Of a stretch of 64,000 bases of DNA, positions 12,615 to 25,839 are shown one piece after another. The stretch is taken from NCBI RefSeq assembly GCF_032444005.1, contig NC_091289.1:53692001-53756000 (forward strand), in the 5' to 3' direction. The stretch's first letter is position 1; each line of letters begins with the position of its first letter. Under the pieces are notes generated by a model, which was not told where the DNA came from, searched no databases, and worked only from the letters and a program-made list of their open reading frames with translations. The position numbers and the translations under genes are program-made. The stretch comes from Ranitomeya imitator (Eukaryota).

Positions 12615-13420
12615 TGTTATGACCTGTTGGTCAGGACAATAATGGACCTGGTGGTTAAGAGCACACGGAATGACCTGATAGTTATTGATAATAAAGGACG
12701 AGCTCTGGGACGTGGGAACTCTGCTGACTGCAATCCCTAAACCTATTAAACACACTAGAAATAGCCGTGGATTGCGCCTAACGCTCCCTATGCAACTCGG
12801 CACAGCCTAAGAAACTTGCTAGCCCTGAAGATAGAAAAATTAAGCCTACCTTGCCTCAGAGAAATTCCCCAAAGGAAAAGGCAGCCCCCCACATATAATG
12901 ACTGTGAGTAAAGATGAAAATACAAACACAGAGATGAAATAGACTTAGCAAAGTGAGGCTCGACTTACTGAACAGACCGAGGATAGGAAAGGTTACTTTG
13001 CGGTCAGCACAAAAACCTACAAAAAGACCACGCAGAGGGTGCAAAAAGACCCTCCGCACCGACTCACGGTGCGGAGGCGCTCCCTCTGCGTCCCAGAGCT
13101 TCCAGCAAGCAAGACAACAAATTAAATAGCAAGCTGGACAGAAAAATAGCAAACCAAAGAAATACAAGCTGGAACTTAGCTTCTGATGGGAAGACAGGTC
13201 ACAAGAACGATCCAGGAGTGAACTAGACCAATACTGGAACATTGACAGGTGGCATGGAGCAAAGATCTAAGTGGAGTTAAATAGAGCAGCAGCTAACGAA
13301 TTAACCTCGTCACCTGTGGAAGGAAACTCAGAAACACCCACCAGAGGAAGTCCATGGACAGAACCAGCCGAAGTACCATTCATGACCACAGGAGGGAGCC
13401 CGACAACAGAATTCACAACA
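12615..13420 (-). repeat. 3'/shared LTR of Gypsy element 1 (806 bp)
   Basis: Direct repeat of 17615-18420; preceded on the - strand by the polypurine tract AGGGGGGGTAC. Confidence 0.95.
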
Positions 13421-16400
13421 GTACCCCCCCCTTGAGGAGGGGTCACCGAACCCTCACCAGAGCCCCCAGGCCGACCAGGATGAGCCAAATGAAAGGCACG
13501 AACCAGATCGGCAGCATGAACATCAGAGGCAAAAACCCAGGAATTATCTTCCTGAGCATAACCCTTCCACTTGACCAGGTACTGGAGTTTCCGTCTCGAA
13601 ACACGAGAATCCAAAATCTTCTCCACCACATACTCCAACTCCCCCTCAACTAACACCGGGGCAGGAGGATCAACGGATGGAACCACAGGCGCCACGTATC
13701 TCCGCAATAACGACCTATGGAACACATTATGGATGGCAAAAGAAGCAGGAAGGGCCAAACGAAATGACACAGGATTGATAACCTCAGAAATCTTATATGG
13801 ACCAATGAAACGAGGCTTAAACTTAGGAGAGGAAACCTTCATAGGAACATAACGAGACGACAACCAAACCAAATCCCCAACACGAAGTCGGGGACCCACA
13901 CAGCGCCGGCGGTTAGCGAAACGTTGAGCCTTCTCCTGGGACAATGTCAAATTGTCCACCACATGAGTCCAAATCTGCTGCAACCTATCCACCACAGTAT
14001 CTACACCAGGACAGTCTGAAGACTCAACCTGCCCTGAAGAGAAACGAGGATGGAAACCAGAATTGCAGAAAAACGGCGAAACCAAAGTAGCCGAGCTGGC
14101 CCGATTATTAAGGGCGAACTCAGCCAACGGCAAAAAGGACACCCAATCATCCTGATCAGCAGAAACAAAGCATCTCAGATATGTTTCCAAAGTTTGATTA
14201 GTTCGTTCGGTTTGGCCATTTGTCTGAGGATGGAAAGCCGAGGAAAAAGACAAATCAATGCCCATCCTAGCACAAAAGGATCGCCAAAACCTTGAAACAA
14301 ACTGGGAACCTCTGTCAGAAACGATGTTCTCCGGGATACCATGTAAACGAACCACATGCTGGAAAAATAATGGCACCAAATCAGAGGAGGAAGGCAATTT
14401 AGACAAAGGTACCAAATGGACCATCTTAGAAAAGCGATCACAAACCACCCAAATGACCGACATCTTTTGAGAGACGGGGAGATCCGAAATAAAATCCATA
14501 GAAATATGCGTCCAGGGCCTCTTCGGGACCGGCAAGGGCAAAAGCAACCCACTGGCACGAGAACAGCAGGGCTTAGCCCGAGCACAAGTCCCACAGGACT
14601 GCACAAAAGAACGCACATCCCGCGACAAAGACGGCCACCAGAAGGATCTAGCCACCAAATCTCTGGTACCAAAGATTCCAGGATGCCCAGCCAACACTGA
14701 ACAATGAACCTCAGAGATAACTCTACTAGTCCATCTATCAGGGACAAACAGTTTCTCCGCTGGGCAACGGTCAGGTCTATCAGCCTGAAATTTTTGCAGC
14801 AACCGCCGCAAATCAGGGGAGATGGCAGACAAAATTACCCCCTCTTTGAGAATACCCGCCGGCTCAGGAACACCCGGAGAGTCAGGCACAAAACTCCTTG
14901 ACAGGGCATCAGCCTTCACATTCTTAGAGCCCGGAAGGTACGAAACCACAAAATCAAAACGGGAGAAAAATAACGACCATCGAGCCTGTCTCGGATTCAA
15001 CCGTTTGGCAGACTCAAGATAAGTCAAATTCTTGTGATCTGTCAAGACCACCACGCGATGCTTGGCTCCTTCCAGCCAATGACGCCACTCCTCGAATGCC
15101 CACTTCATGGCCAACAATTCACGATTACCAACATCATAGTTACGCTCAGCAGGCGAAAACTTTCTAGAAAAGAAAGCACATGGCTTCATCACCGAGCCAT
15201 CAGAACTTCTTTGCGACAAAACAGCCCCTGCTCCAATCTCAGAAACATCAGCCTCAACCTGAAACGGAAGCAAAACATCTGGCTGGCACAACACAGGGGC
15301 AGAAGAAAAACGACGCTTCAACTCCTGAAAAGCCTCTACAGCCGCAGAAGACCAATTGACCACATCAGCACCCTTCTTGGTCAAACCAGTCAACGGTTTA
15401 GCAACACTAGAAAAATTAGAGATGAAGCGCCGATAAAAATTAGCAAAGCCCAGGAACTTTTGCAGGCTCTTCACAGATGTCGGCTGAGTCCAATGGTAAA
15501 TGGCCTGGACTTTAACAGGGTCCATCTCGATAGTAGAAGGGGAAAAAATGAACCCCAAAAATGAAACCTTCTGAACTCAAAACAGACACTTTGACCCCTT
15601 CACAAACAAGGAATTCGCACGAAGGACTTGGAACACCATTCTGACCTGCTTCACATGAGACACCCAATCATCCGAAAAGACCAAAATATCATCCAAATAC
15701 ACAATCAGGAATTTATCCAGGTACTCTCGGAAGATGTCATGCATAAAGGACTGAAATACTGATGGAGCATTGGAAAGCCCGAATGGCATAACCAGGTACT
15801 TAAAATGGCCCTCGGGCGTATTAAATGCTGTTTTCCATTCATCGCCTTGTTTAATACGCACAAGATTATACGCCCCTCGAAGATCTATCTTGGTGAACCA
15901 ACTAGCCCCTTTAATACGAGCAAACAAATCAGACAGCAACGGCAAAGGATACTGAAATTTGTAATTTTATTAAGAAGGCGGTAATCAATACAAGGTCTCA
16001 AAGAACCATCCTTCTTGGCCACAAAAAAGAACCCTGCTCCTAACGGTGATGACGACGGGCGAATATGGCCTTTCTCCAAGGATTCCTTTATATAACTCCG
16101 CATAGCGGCGTGTTCTGGCACAGATAAATTGAACAATCGGCCCTTAGGAAACTTACTACCGGGAATCAAATTAATTGCACAATCGCAATCCCTATGAGGA
16201 GGTAGGGCACTGGCTTTGGGCTCATCAAATACATCCCGATAATCCGACAAAAACTCTGGAACTTCAGAAGGAGTGGAAGACGAAATAGACAAAAATGGAA
16301 CATCACCATGTACCCCCTGGCAACCCCAGCTGGACACAGACATAGATTTCCAGTCCAATACCGGATTATGAACCTGTAACCATGGCAACCCCAAAACGAC

Positions 16401-17501
16401 CACATCATGCAGATTATGCAACACCAGAAAGCGGATATCCTCCTGATGTGCAGGAGCCATGCACATGGTCAATTGGGTCCAATACTGAGGCTTATTCTTG
16501 GCCAAAGGCGTAGCATCAATTCCTCTCAATGGAATAGGATACTGCAAGGGCTCCAAGAAAAAAACACAGCGCCTAGCATACTCCAAGTCCATCAAATTCA
16601 GGGCAGCACCTGAATCCACAAATGCCATAACAGAATAGGATGACAAAGAGCAAATCAGAGTAACAGACAATAGAAATTTAGACTGTACCGTACCAATGGT
16701 GGCAGACCTAGCGAACCGCTTAGTGCGCTTAGGACAATCGGAGATAGCATGAGTGGAATCACCACAGTAAAAACATAGCCCATTCCGACGTCTGTGTTCT
16801 TGCCGTTCAGCTCTGGTCAAAGTCCTATCACATTGCATAGGCTCAGGCCCATGCTCAGATAGTACCGCCAAATGGTGCACAGCTTTACGCTCACGCAAGC
16901 GTCGATCGATCTGAATGGCCAAGGACATAGACTCATTCAGACCAGCAGGCATGGGAAACCCCACCATGACATCCTTAAGGGCTTCAGAGAGACCCTTTCT
17001 GAAGATTGCTGCCAGGGCACATTCATTCCACTGAGTGAGCACAGACCACTTTCTAAACTTCTGACAATATATCTCCGCTTCATCCTGACCCTGACACAGA
17101 GCCAGCAAGATTTTCTCTGCCTGATCCACTGAATTAGGTTCGTCATAAAGCAATCCAAGCACCAGGAAAAACGCATCAACATCACGCAATGCCGGATCTC
17201 TTGCAGCAAGGGAAAATGCCCAGTCTTGAGGGTCACCACGAAACAAAGAAAAAATGATCTTTACTTGTTGAACAGGGTCACCTGAGGAGCGAGGTTTCAA
17301 GGCAAGAAACAATTTACAATTATTTTTGAAATTCAAGAACTTAGATCTATCACCAAAAAACAAATCAGGAATTGGAATCCTAGGCTCTGACATCGGATTC
17401 TGAACCACAAAATCTTGAATGTTTTGTATCCTTGTAGTGAGATTATCCATCCAAGAGGACAGACCTTGAATGTCCATGTTTACACCAGTGTCCTGAACCA
17501 C
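13267..17501 (-). pseudogene. Gag-Pol polyprotein (capsid, CCHC knuckle, protease, RT, RNase H, integrase, chromodomain) broken by two frameshifts near 15960 and 15570
   Basis: Motifs [48 protein letters not shown] zinc finger, DFI/SDRG/GQTER, GPY and chromodomain EYVVEKILDSR...YLVKWKGY...NSW. The true C-terminus ends near the PPT/LTR at about 13420. Confidence 0.93.
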
Positions 17502-17614
17502 CTAGAGGTAAAGGGGAAAAGAGAGACAAAACACACTGCAAAGAAAAAAAAAATGGTCTCAGAGCTTCTCTTATCCCTCTATTGAGATGCATTAGTACTT
17601 TGGGCCACCTGTAC

Positions 17615-18420
17615 TGTTATGACCTGTTGGTCAGGACAATAATGGACCTGGTGGTTAAGAGCACACGGAATGACCTGATAGTTATTGATAATAAAGGACG
17701 AGCTCTGGGACGTGGGAACTCTGCTGACCGCAATCCCTAAACCTATTAAACACACTAGAAATAGCCGTGGATTGCGCCTAACGCTCCCTATGCAACTCGA
17801 CACAGCCTAAGAAACTAGCTAGCCCTGAAGATAGAAAAATTAAGCCTACCTTGCCTCAGAGAAATTCCCCAAAGGAAAAGGCAGCCCCCCACATATAATG
17901 ACTGTGAGTAAAGATGAAAATACAAACACAGAGATGAAATAGACTTAGCAAAGTGAGGCCCGACTTACTGAACAGACCGAGGATAGGAAAGGTTACTTTG
18001 CGGTCAGCACAAAAACCTACAAAAAGACCACGCAGAGGGTGCAAAAAGACCCTCAGCACCGACTCACGGTGCGGAGGCGCTCCCTCTGCGTCCCAGAGCT
18101 TCCAGCAAGCAAGACAACAAATTAAATAGCAAGCTGGACAGAAAAATAGCAAACCAAAGAAATACAAGCTGGAACTTAGCTTCTGATGGGAAGACAGGTC
18201 ACAAGAACGATCCAGGAGTGAACTAGACCAATACTGGAACATTGACAGGTGGCATGGAGCAAAGATCTAAGTGGAGTTAAATAGAGCAGCAGCTAACGAA
18301 TTAACCTCGTCACCTGTGGAAGGAAACTCAGAAACACCCACCAGAGGAAGTCCATGGACAGAACCAGCTGAAGTACCATTCATGACCACAGGAGGGAGCC
18401 CGACAACAGAATTCACAACA
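17615..18420 (-). repeat. 5' LTR of Gypsy element 1 (806 bp)
   Basis: TGTTGTGA...TCATAACA on the - strand; about 6 substitutions seen versus 12615-13420; TATTTAA box at 18283-18277. Confidence 0.95.
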
Positions 18421-18540
18421 CCAGGAGCTCTGCTATAATGCAGCTATGCTCCTGGCTGTAAAACCCCAGCGAATGAATGGAAACTAGGTCAATGACCTGT
18501 AGTTACCTTCATTCGCGGTGAGGCGCCCTCTGCTGGTTGT

Positions 18541-20333
18541 CAAAAACCTGACCGTCACATCCAAACATAGACTAAGTGTGAACAGGTGCTGAACCTAAAG
18601 TTGCCAACTCGTATATAGTTAAGTAAATAAGGCAGCACACTGCAGCGCTAAAACATGCAAACATGAAATACGAAAATTGAACTGCATTACTGCACTAGAA
18701 ATATGAAAAATGAGAGCGTTTAGCGCATAAAAATGGCCAATTTTATGTGTACCTGGTAGCCACATTAGGGCATCTCTCTTATACCAGGTCCTAATCTTGC
18801 CTTTCCTCGCTGAGAATAAACGTCTCCATCTGAATGGGTACATGTGAAACCTCCTCTTAGACTAAAATTCTCTCCCTCTGTGGAGGGGTATTGGACCTGC
18901 TGTAATTAAAACACATGTGGCTAGGAGGCGGGAGTGCTCAATCAGAAGGCTAAAGAATACATTTCAAAAACCTGACCGTCACATCCAAACATAGACTAAG
19001 TGTGAACAGGTGCTGAACATAAATTTGCCAACTCGTATATAGTTAAGTAAATAAGGCAGCACACTGCAGCGCTAAAACATGCAGGTCCTAAAGGTTTCAC
19101 ATGTACCCATTCAGATGGAGACGTTTATTCTCAGCGAGGTAAGGCAAGTTTAGGACCTGGTATAAGAGAGATGCCCTAATGTGGCTACCAGGTACACATA
19201 AAATTGGCCATTTTTATGTGCTAAACGCTCTCATTTTTCATATTTCTAGTGCAGTAATGCAGTTCAATTTTCGTATTTCATGTTTGCATGTTTTAGCGCT
19301 GCAGTGTGCTGCCTTATTTACTTAACTATATACGAGTTGGCAACTTTAGGTTCAGCACCTGTTCACACTTAGTCTATGTTTGGATGTGACGGTCAGGTTT
19401 TTGAAATATATACGAGTTGGCGACTCAAGGTTCAGCACCTGTTCACACTTAGTCTATGTTTGGATGTGACGGTCAGTTTTTTGAAATGTATTCTTTAGCC
19501 TTCTGACTGAGCACTCTGCCTCCTAGTCACAGGTGTTTTAATTACAGCAGGTCCAATACCCCTCCACAGAGAGATAGAATTTTAGTCTAAGAAGAGGTTT
19601 CACAGGTACCCATTCAGATGGAGACGTTTATTCTCAGCGAGGAAAGGCAAGTTTAGGACCTGGTATAAGAGAGATGCCCTAATGTGGCTACCAGGTACAC
19701 ATAAAATTGGCCATTTTTATGCGCTAAATGCTGTCATTTTTCATATTTCTAGTGCAGTAATGCAGTTCAATTTTCGTGTTTCATGGTTGCATGTTTCAGC
19801 GCTGCAGTGTGCTGCCTTATTTACTTAACTATATACGAGTTGGCAACTTTAGGTTTAGCACCTGTTCACACTTAGTCTATGTTTGGATGTGACGGTCAGG
19901 TTTTTGAAATGTATTCTCTAGCCTTCTGATTGAGCACTCCGCCTCCTAGCCACATGTGTTTTAATTACAGCAGGTCCCATACCCCTCCACAGAGAGAGAG
20001 AATTTTAGCCTAAGAAGAGGTTTCACAGGTACCCATTCAGATGGAGACGTTTATTCTCAGCGAGGAAAGGCAAGTTTAGGACCTGGTATAAGAGAGATGC
20101 CCTAATGTGGCTACCAGGTACACATAAAATTGGCCATTTTTATGCGCTAAACGCTCTCATTTTTCATATTTCTAGTGCAGTAATGCAGTTCAATTTTCGT
20201 GTTTCATGTTTGCATGTTCTAGCGCTGCAGTGTGCTGCCTTATTTACTTAACTATATACGAGTTGGCAACTTTAGGTTCAGCACCTGTTCACACTTAGTC
20301 TATGTTTGGATGGGACGGTCAGGTTTTTTAAAT
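18541..20333. repeat. About 424-bp tandem satellite with an internal inversion
   Basis: Forward units start at 18541 and 18965 (the second is cut at about 19083). Reverse-complement units end at about 19407, 19910 and 20333, with an ~80-bp sub-duplication at 19408-19487. Confidence 0.9.
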
Positions 20334-21309
20334 ATTTTGTATATCGGCTAAACATATTGCTGACATCATTTTAATAACATTGTAATACCTACTTTTTGTT
20401 GCAGGTACCACACATAGATCTTCAATTTTGGGTCAGTAGATCCAAACCACACCTAGACTCTGACCACTTTTTGTTGAAACCCCGATCTTACACTTCAGTC
20501 TTATTCTGGATGGGCCCCTGACGGGAGCAGTGATCTGAAAACTATTGATTTAAGGTTTATAAGCAGGTATCACAGTTATGAGAAAATATGCCCTGACATC
20601 CCTGATTATGACATTGATATACAGCCTTCAGACAGGATGACTGGGTAAGGCTCAGGTCCTATACCGTGACATGAGTTTAGCTTCTCATTAATAAAACAGA
20701 TACCCCTTATCAGAAGCCCAACCAGTTTCTCATGGGAGTGAGGGCCAATCTGCATCACTGGTCCAGATAACCTGGAGAATTTCATATCAGGTCAACTCAA
20801 CAAAGTTTAATTACTTGGCATCTTCCACTGTTTAAAAATTCAAGGCCTTCTCTGCTTCTTGCTAATTACATGGGACTTCCAAGAATAATAATACTGGAGT
20901 GTTATTTTTACATTTTGAGTACCAGGCAGCTTTGTCATGTGCCCCCCAAGCATCTGCAAAATATATAATCCAGTTGAAGGATAGGGAGTGATCCAGCACA
21001 GACTTTGTGTCAAATGGAGTGTCACAGAAAATTTTAAGATCCCCATAGCCATTACTGAAGAGGCATTCACTCCCCTCCCTCCTCCTCTCTCTTTTCCAAT
21101 AGTGAAAAAAGCGGACATTCTAAAAATATTTTATGTAGAATTACACAGTGAACATATGGTGTAGTGTGGAATCTTAATTAAAATTCGGAAGCTCCTTTTG
21201 AAATAGTGGACCCCTGCAGTGCCAAGCAGGATGTCTATTGTGAGGAAGACTGGGATTTATAGACTGGAGAGGAAGAAAAGCAGGAAATCTTAACACCTTT
21301 AGGAGTAAA

Positions 21310-22041
21310 GGTACCGTCACATTTAGCGACGCTGCAGCGATCTAGACAACGGTCCCGATCACTGCAGAGTCGCTGTGTGGTCGCTGGAGAGCTGTCACAC
21401 AGACAGCTCTCCAGCGACCAACTATGCGAAGTCCCCTGGTTACCAGGGTAAACATCGGGTTACTAAGCGCAGGGTTGCGCTTAGTAACCCAATGTTTACC
21501 CTGGTTACCAGTGCTAATGTAAAAAAAACAAACACTACATACTTACATTCCGGTGTCTGTCCCCCGTCGCTGTGCTTTCCTGCACTGACTGTGAGCGCCG
21601 GCCGGCCGTAAAGCACAGCGGTGACGTCACCGCTGTAATCTGCTTTACGGCTGGCCGGCTCTGACAGTGCAGGGAAGCAGAACGCCGAGGGACGCGACAG
21701 ACACCGGAATGTAAGTATGAAGTGTTTGTTTTTTTACATTTACACTGGTAACCAGGGTAAACATCGGGTTACTAAGCGCGGCCCTGCGCTTAGTAACCCG
21801 ATGTTTACCCTGGTTACCAGTGAAGACATCGCTGAATCGGCGTCACACACGCCGATTCAGCGATGTCAGCTGGAGATCCAGCGACGAAATAAAGTTCTGG
21901 ACTTTCTGCTCCGACCAACGATGTCACAGCAGGATACAGATCGCTGCTGCGTGTCAAACACAACGATATCGCTATCCAGGACGCTGCAACGTCACGGATC
22001 GCTAGCAATATCGTTGTGAAGTTGGTCAGTGTGAAGGTACT
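21310..22041. mobile_element. Harbinger-type MITE with two internal hairpins
   Basis: Ends GGTACCGTCACA / TGTGAAGGTAC; hairpins GGTAACCAGGGTAAACATCGGGTTACTAAGCGC...GCGCTTAGTAACCCGATGTTTACCCTGGTTACC at about 21437-21510 and 21747-21818. Confidence 0.75.
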
Positions 22042-22045
22042 TTAA

Positions 22046-22681
22046 AGGGAACCTGTCACCCCGAAAATCGCGGGTGAGGTAATCCCACCGGCATCAGGGG
22101 CTTATCTGCAGCATTCTGTAATGCTGTAGATAAGCCCCCGATGTTACCTGAAAAAGGAGAAAAAGACGTTATATTATACTCACCCAGGGGCGGTCCCGCT
22201 GCTGGTCAGGTCGGATGGGTGTCTCCGGTCCGCTGCGGCACCTCCTATCTTCTTTCCATGACGTCCTCTTCTGATCTTCAGCCACGGCTCCGGCGCAGGC
22301 GTACTTTGCTCTGCCCTGTTGAGGGCAGACAAAGTACTGCAGTGCGCAGGAGCCGGGCCTGTGACCTTTCCGGCGCCTGCGCACTGCAGTACTATCCTCT
22401 GCCCTCAAGAGGGCAGAGCAAAGTACGCCTGCGCCGGAGCCGTGGCTGAAGATCAGAAGAGGACGTCATGGAAAGAAGATAGGAGGCGCCGCAGCGGACC
22501 GGAGACGCCCATCCGACCTGACCAGCAGAGGGACCGCCCCTGGGTGAGTATAATCTAACGTCTTATTCTCCTTTTTCAGGTAACATCGGGGGCTTATCTA
22601 CAGCATTACAGAATGCTGCAGATAAGCCCCTGATGCCGGTGGGATTACCTCACCCGCGATTTTCGGGGTGACAGGTTCCCT
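22046..22681. mobile_element. T2/Kolobok-type MITE
   Basis: TTAA on both flanks; TIR AGGGAACCTGTCACCCCGAAAATCGCGGGTGAGG extends for more than 200 bp. Confidence 0.85.
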
Positions 22682-24365
22682 TTAACTAGTGTTCCTGTCA
22701 GGATGAGCTGCCTTTCATCAAAGCATCTTTGGTAGCCAGCCCACCTACGGAGTCCAGATAGAGATATTGGGATTTGTATGGATCCAATATTTATGGGACA
22801 TACATTTTCAACTTCAGGACTAATCAGGAAAGAATATGCATATTTTCTCATAACTGATACCTGCTTATAAACCTCAAATCAATAGTTTTCAGATCGCTGA
22901 CATCAGCCATGTCCTGTTTGCTATCTATGGAAAAGTAAAATCACGATTAAAAAATATGATGGTGTACTCGAACTTCTGCTATTGTCAGGATTGAAGATAA
23001 TTTAAGGTTGAGAATTCCATAAAATCCTGAAGGGCTGAGAACATCCCACAATGCGGCTCACGTGAGGTGAGTCGGGGAGATGTCATGATCAGCTGCAGCC
23101 GCAGAAGCGGTCCAGCCCATAGACGTCCCCAAGCCGACCAACCTCAGAAGGCGTGGACGAAATACGGACCCTTTAAACCGCAGAGGGGGACCCGGCCTAC
23201 CCGAACTAGGGGAGGGCAGCGACCGGGGTTCTGTGGCAGTTGAGCATGTGGACAAGGAAAGAGACACGTAGGACATGATTTCACCGATACTTCAGGTATA
23301 GAGAAAGTAAAGTTTACTAAAGCAAAGTCACACTGTACATGAACAAAACATGACGATGTCAGGCTCCCGATTCCACACCTCAGAAGGGTACTACCCAGTG
23401 GACCCCAAGGCATCAATGGATCACCGAGGCACAGATAGGCGGGACATCAGGACCCAGGCAGGACATCAGGGTACACGAGGACATCAGGGCGCAGGCAAGA
23501 TATCAGGATACAGACAGGACATAAGGACATCTGGACTCGGGAAAGATCTCAGGACATCAGAACACAGGCAGGGCATCAGAACACAGGCGTATTGGACAGA
23601 CATCTGGGACACTGGCGTGGCAGCCCAGGTCATCAGCTGGGACACTGGCGTGGCTGCCCAGGAAATCAGGATATGACATGGGGAGGACATCAGGGAACAG
23701 ACAGAATATCAGGACATCAGGGTCCATGAGGTCATCAAGACACAGGCAGGACATCAGGGTACAGACAGGACATCTGGACCCAGGGTCACCGGCAGACATC
23801 AGACAGGAGTCGTTCGGTTCCGGACATCCGACACGACCTACAGGCACCACCAGAGACATCAGGCTCCAAGCTCCAGACAGCAGTCATCAGGTTCCAGACT
23901 GCGGTCATCAGGCTCCGGGCATAGGACCTAGGAAGGAACTCAAGCATGATGGTGCAGACACCGCCGTACTGGACATGAGCCAGACGGGGTTAACACCGCA
24001 TGGTAGTCAGAGCACAGAGTAGTAGATGCTCAGCAGAAACACCGGTTTCAAGAGAGTCAAAGTCACTGGGAGTGAGGCTCCAGATGCAGAGGGATTCCAG
24101 GAACATAATCACATCAGACAGTTCAGACAGGTTCAGGATCAAGGATTCAGGTCTGGATATACCGCCTCCAGGACAGGCGCCAGAACAGGACAAAACAGGA
24201 ATCAAGGCAAGGACTTTGGTACCAAAACATAGACAGGAGAGGTCCAGGAACATAAACACACACAGCAAAATTCAGGAGCTTTGTGAGTATAGCTCAGCCC
24301 CCATCCATAGGGCAGGGGAGCTTTATATATGAGCTGCCACTCAGCAATTGGCTGGGGACAGCATT

Positions 24366-24796
24366 TAACATAGTAACAGTTAGTAAGGCCGAAAAAAGAC
24401 ATTTGTCCATCCAGTTCAGCCTATATTCCATCATAATAAATCCCCAGATCTACGTCCTTCTACAGAACCTAATAATTGTATGATACAATATTGTTCTGCT
24501 CCAGGAAGACATCCAGGCCTCTCTTGAACCCCTCGACTGAGTTCGCCATCACCACCTCCTCAGGCAAGCAATTCCAGATTCTCACTGCCCTAACAGTAAA
24601 GAATCCTCTTCTATGTTGGTGGAAAAACCTTCTCTCCTCCAGACGCAAAGAATGCCCCCTTGTGCCCGTCACCTTCCTTGGTATAAACAGATCCTCAGCG
24701 AGATATTTGTATTGTCCTCTTATATACTTATACATGGTTATTAGATCGCCCCTCAGTCGTCTTTTTTCTAGACTAAATAATCCTAATTTCGCTAAT
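24366..24796 (-). mobile_element. 5'-truncated CR1 LINE (ORF2 C-terminus and 3' UTR)
   Basis: LGLFSLEKRRLRGDLITMYKY...TRGHSLRL...FFTVRAVRIWNCLP...FKRGLD is the CR1 ORF2 tail; 3' end TTACTATGTTA. Confidence 0.92.
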
Positions 24797-25839
24797 ATGA
24801 AGTAGGGTGAAGTACACACCCTCACCCTAATAAAAGCAGGGGAGGTGTAGCCGCACATGCCCTAAGCACACACACACCATTACAGCACACAGTGCAGGAT
24901 CTGAGGTTCAGGGCACCTGGCTGAGACTGCATGTACTGAGCCACGTGGAAAGTCATGCACCAGCCGCAAATGACCTCACAACCCGTGGACAGCTTCACAG
25001 CAGCAACCACATGAGGAAGGTATGCAGCAGGGCAGGAAACTAAGAAGGCTCCATTCAGGTAAAAGCCAATGTCACGCTCACGCCCTGACTGGTGGGCGTG
25101 AGCTCGGGGGGGTTTGTGGCCCCACTGTGCCACAAACCAGACTACCCTGGAAGGGGCGTGACTATGACAGCTGCCTGGGTTTTCACTGGAGCCTCTGATG
25201 GTGAGGACAGGCTTGTGCAGCAGGCAGCTGCCAGGTGCTACTCCAGGGTGGTGTCTGGCTGTGGCTGCTGATCCCACTTGGGAGACAGGAACACCTGGAT
25301 TGCTGCGGGCATTAGGCAGGACTGGCAGAAGAGCACGGCTGGAACACAGACGAGTAGGCTGGCACGGCTGAGACAGGGCTGGCAGAGACACGGCAGGAAA
25401 CAGGACTGGCTAGGACAGCAGGAACACAGGACTGGAAGGCAGGGCAGGAACGGCAGGACTGGCAGGAATACAGGATTGGGAGGCACTGCAGAGAACACAG
25501 GACTGGAAGGCAGGGCAGGAACGGCAGGACTGGCAGGAACACAGGACTGGTTGATGTGGTGTATGAATCAGGCTGCACTCAGATGACACCCGAGTGCAGT
25601 CCTATTGTGAGTGTGATGAAGGAACAGGTAGGGACCTGTACACACAGAAGATGCAGGTACGGAAACAAGCCAGAAGGAGAGGAGAATGAAGGAACAGGTA
25701 GGGACCTGTTCACACAGGAGGTGCAGGAAAGGAAACAAGCAGAAAGGAATGAGGTATGAAGAAACAGGTAGAGACCTGTTCACACAGGAGGACCAAGTAA
25801 CAAGTAGAAGGTGGAACTAAGAAAAGAGAAGGAGAAGGC

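Larger units (their letters stand above)
11751..18420 (-). mobile_element. Ty3/Gypsy chromovirus (Tf1/sushi group), three-LTR tandem with a deleted second unit
   Basis: 806-bp LTRs at 17615-18420 and 12615-13420 and a partial LTR at 11751-about 12165; TG...CA ends; PPT adjacent to 13421; CCAGGA duplicated at both outer flanks. Confidence 0.95.
10986..18540 (+). mobile_element. Non-autonomous DNA element (family X, TIR GGCCGGC.TCACACTCAGCGTA) interrupted by the Gypsy insertion
   Basis: 10986-11750 and 18427-18540 are colinear with the reverse complement of 54760-55634 plus 58916-59168; TTA on the left flank. Confidence 0.7.

Noticed and set aside
12615-17615. Exactly 5000-bp spacing between the two complete LTRs
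   Set aside because: It equals LTR (806) plus internal region (4194); the LTRs differ by substitutions, so a round number is coincidence. Read support is still worth checking.
18800-18855. CTGAGAATAAACGTC and CTGAATGG...GAAACC in the satellite unit as possible hammerheads
   Set aside because: The core and stem II cannot be assembled without several violations.
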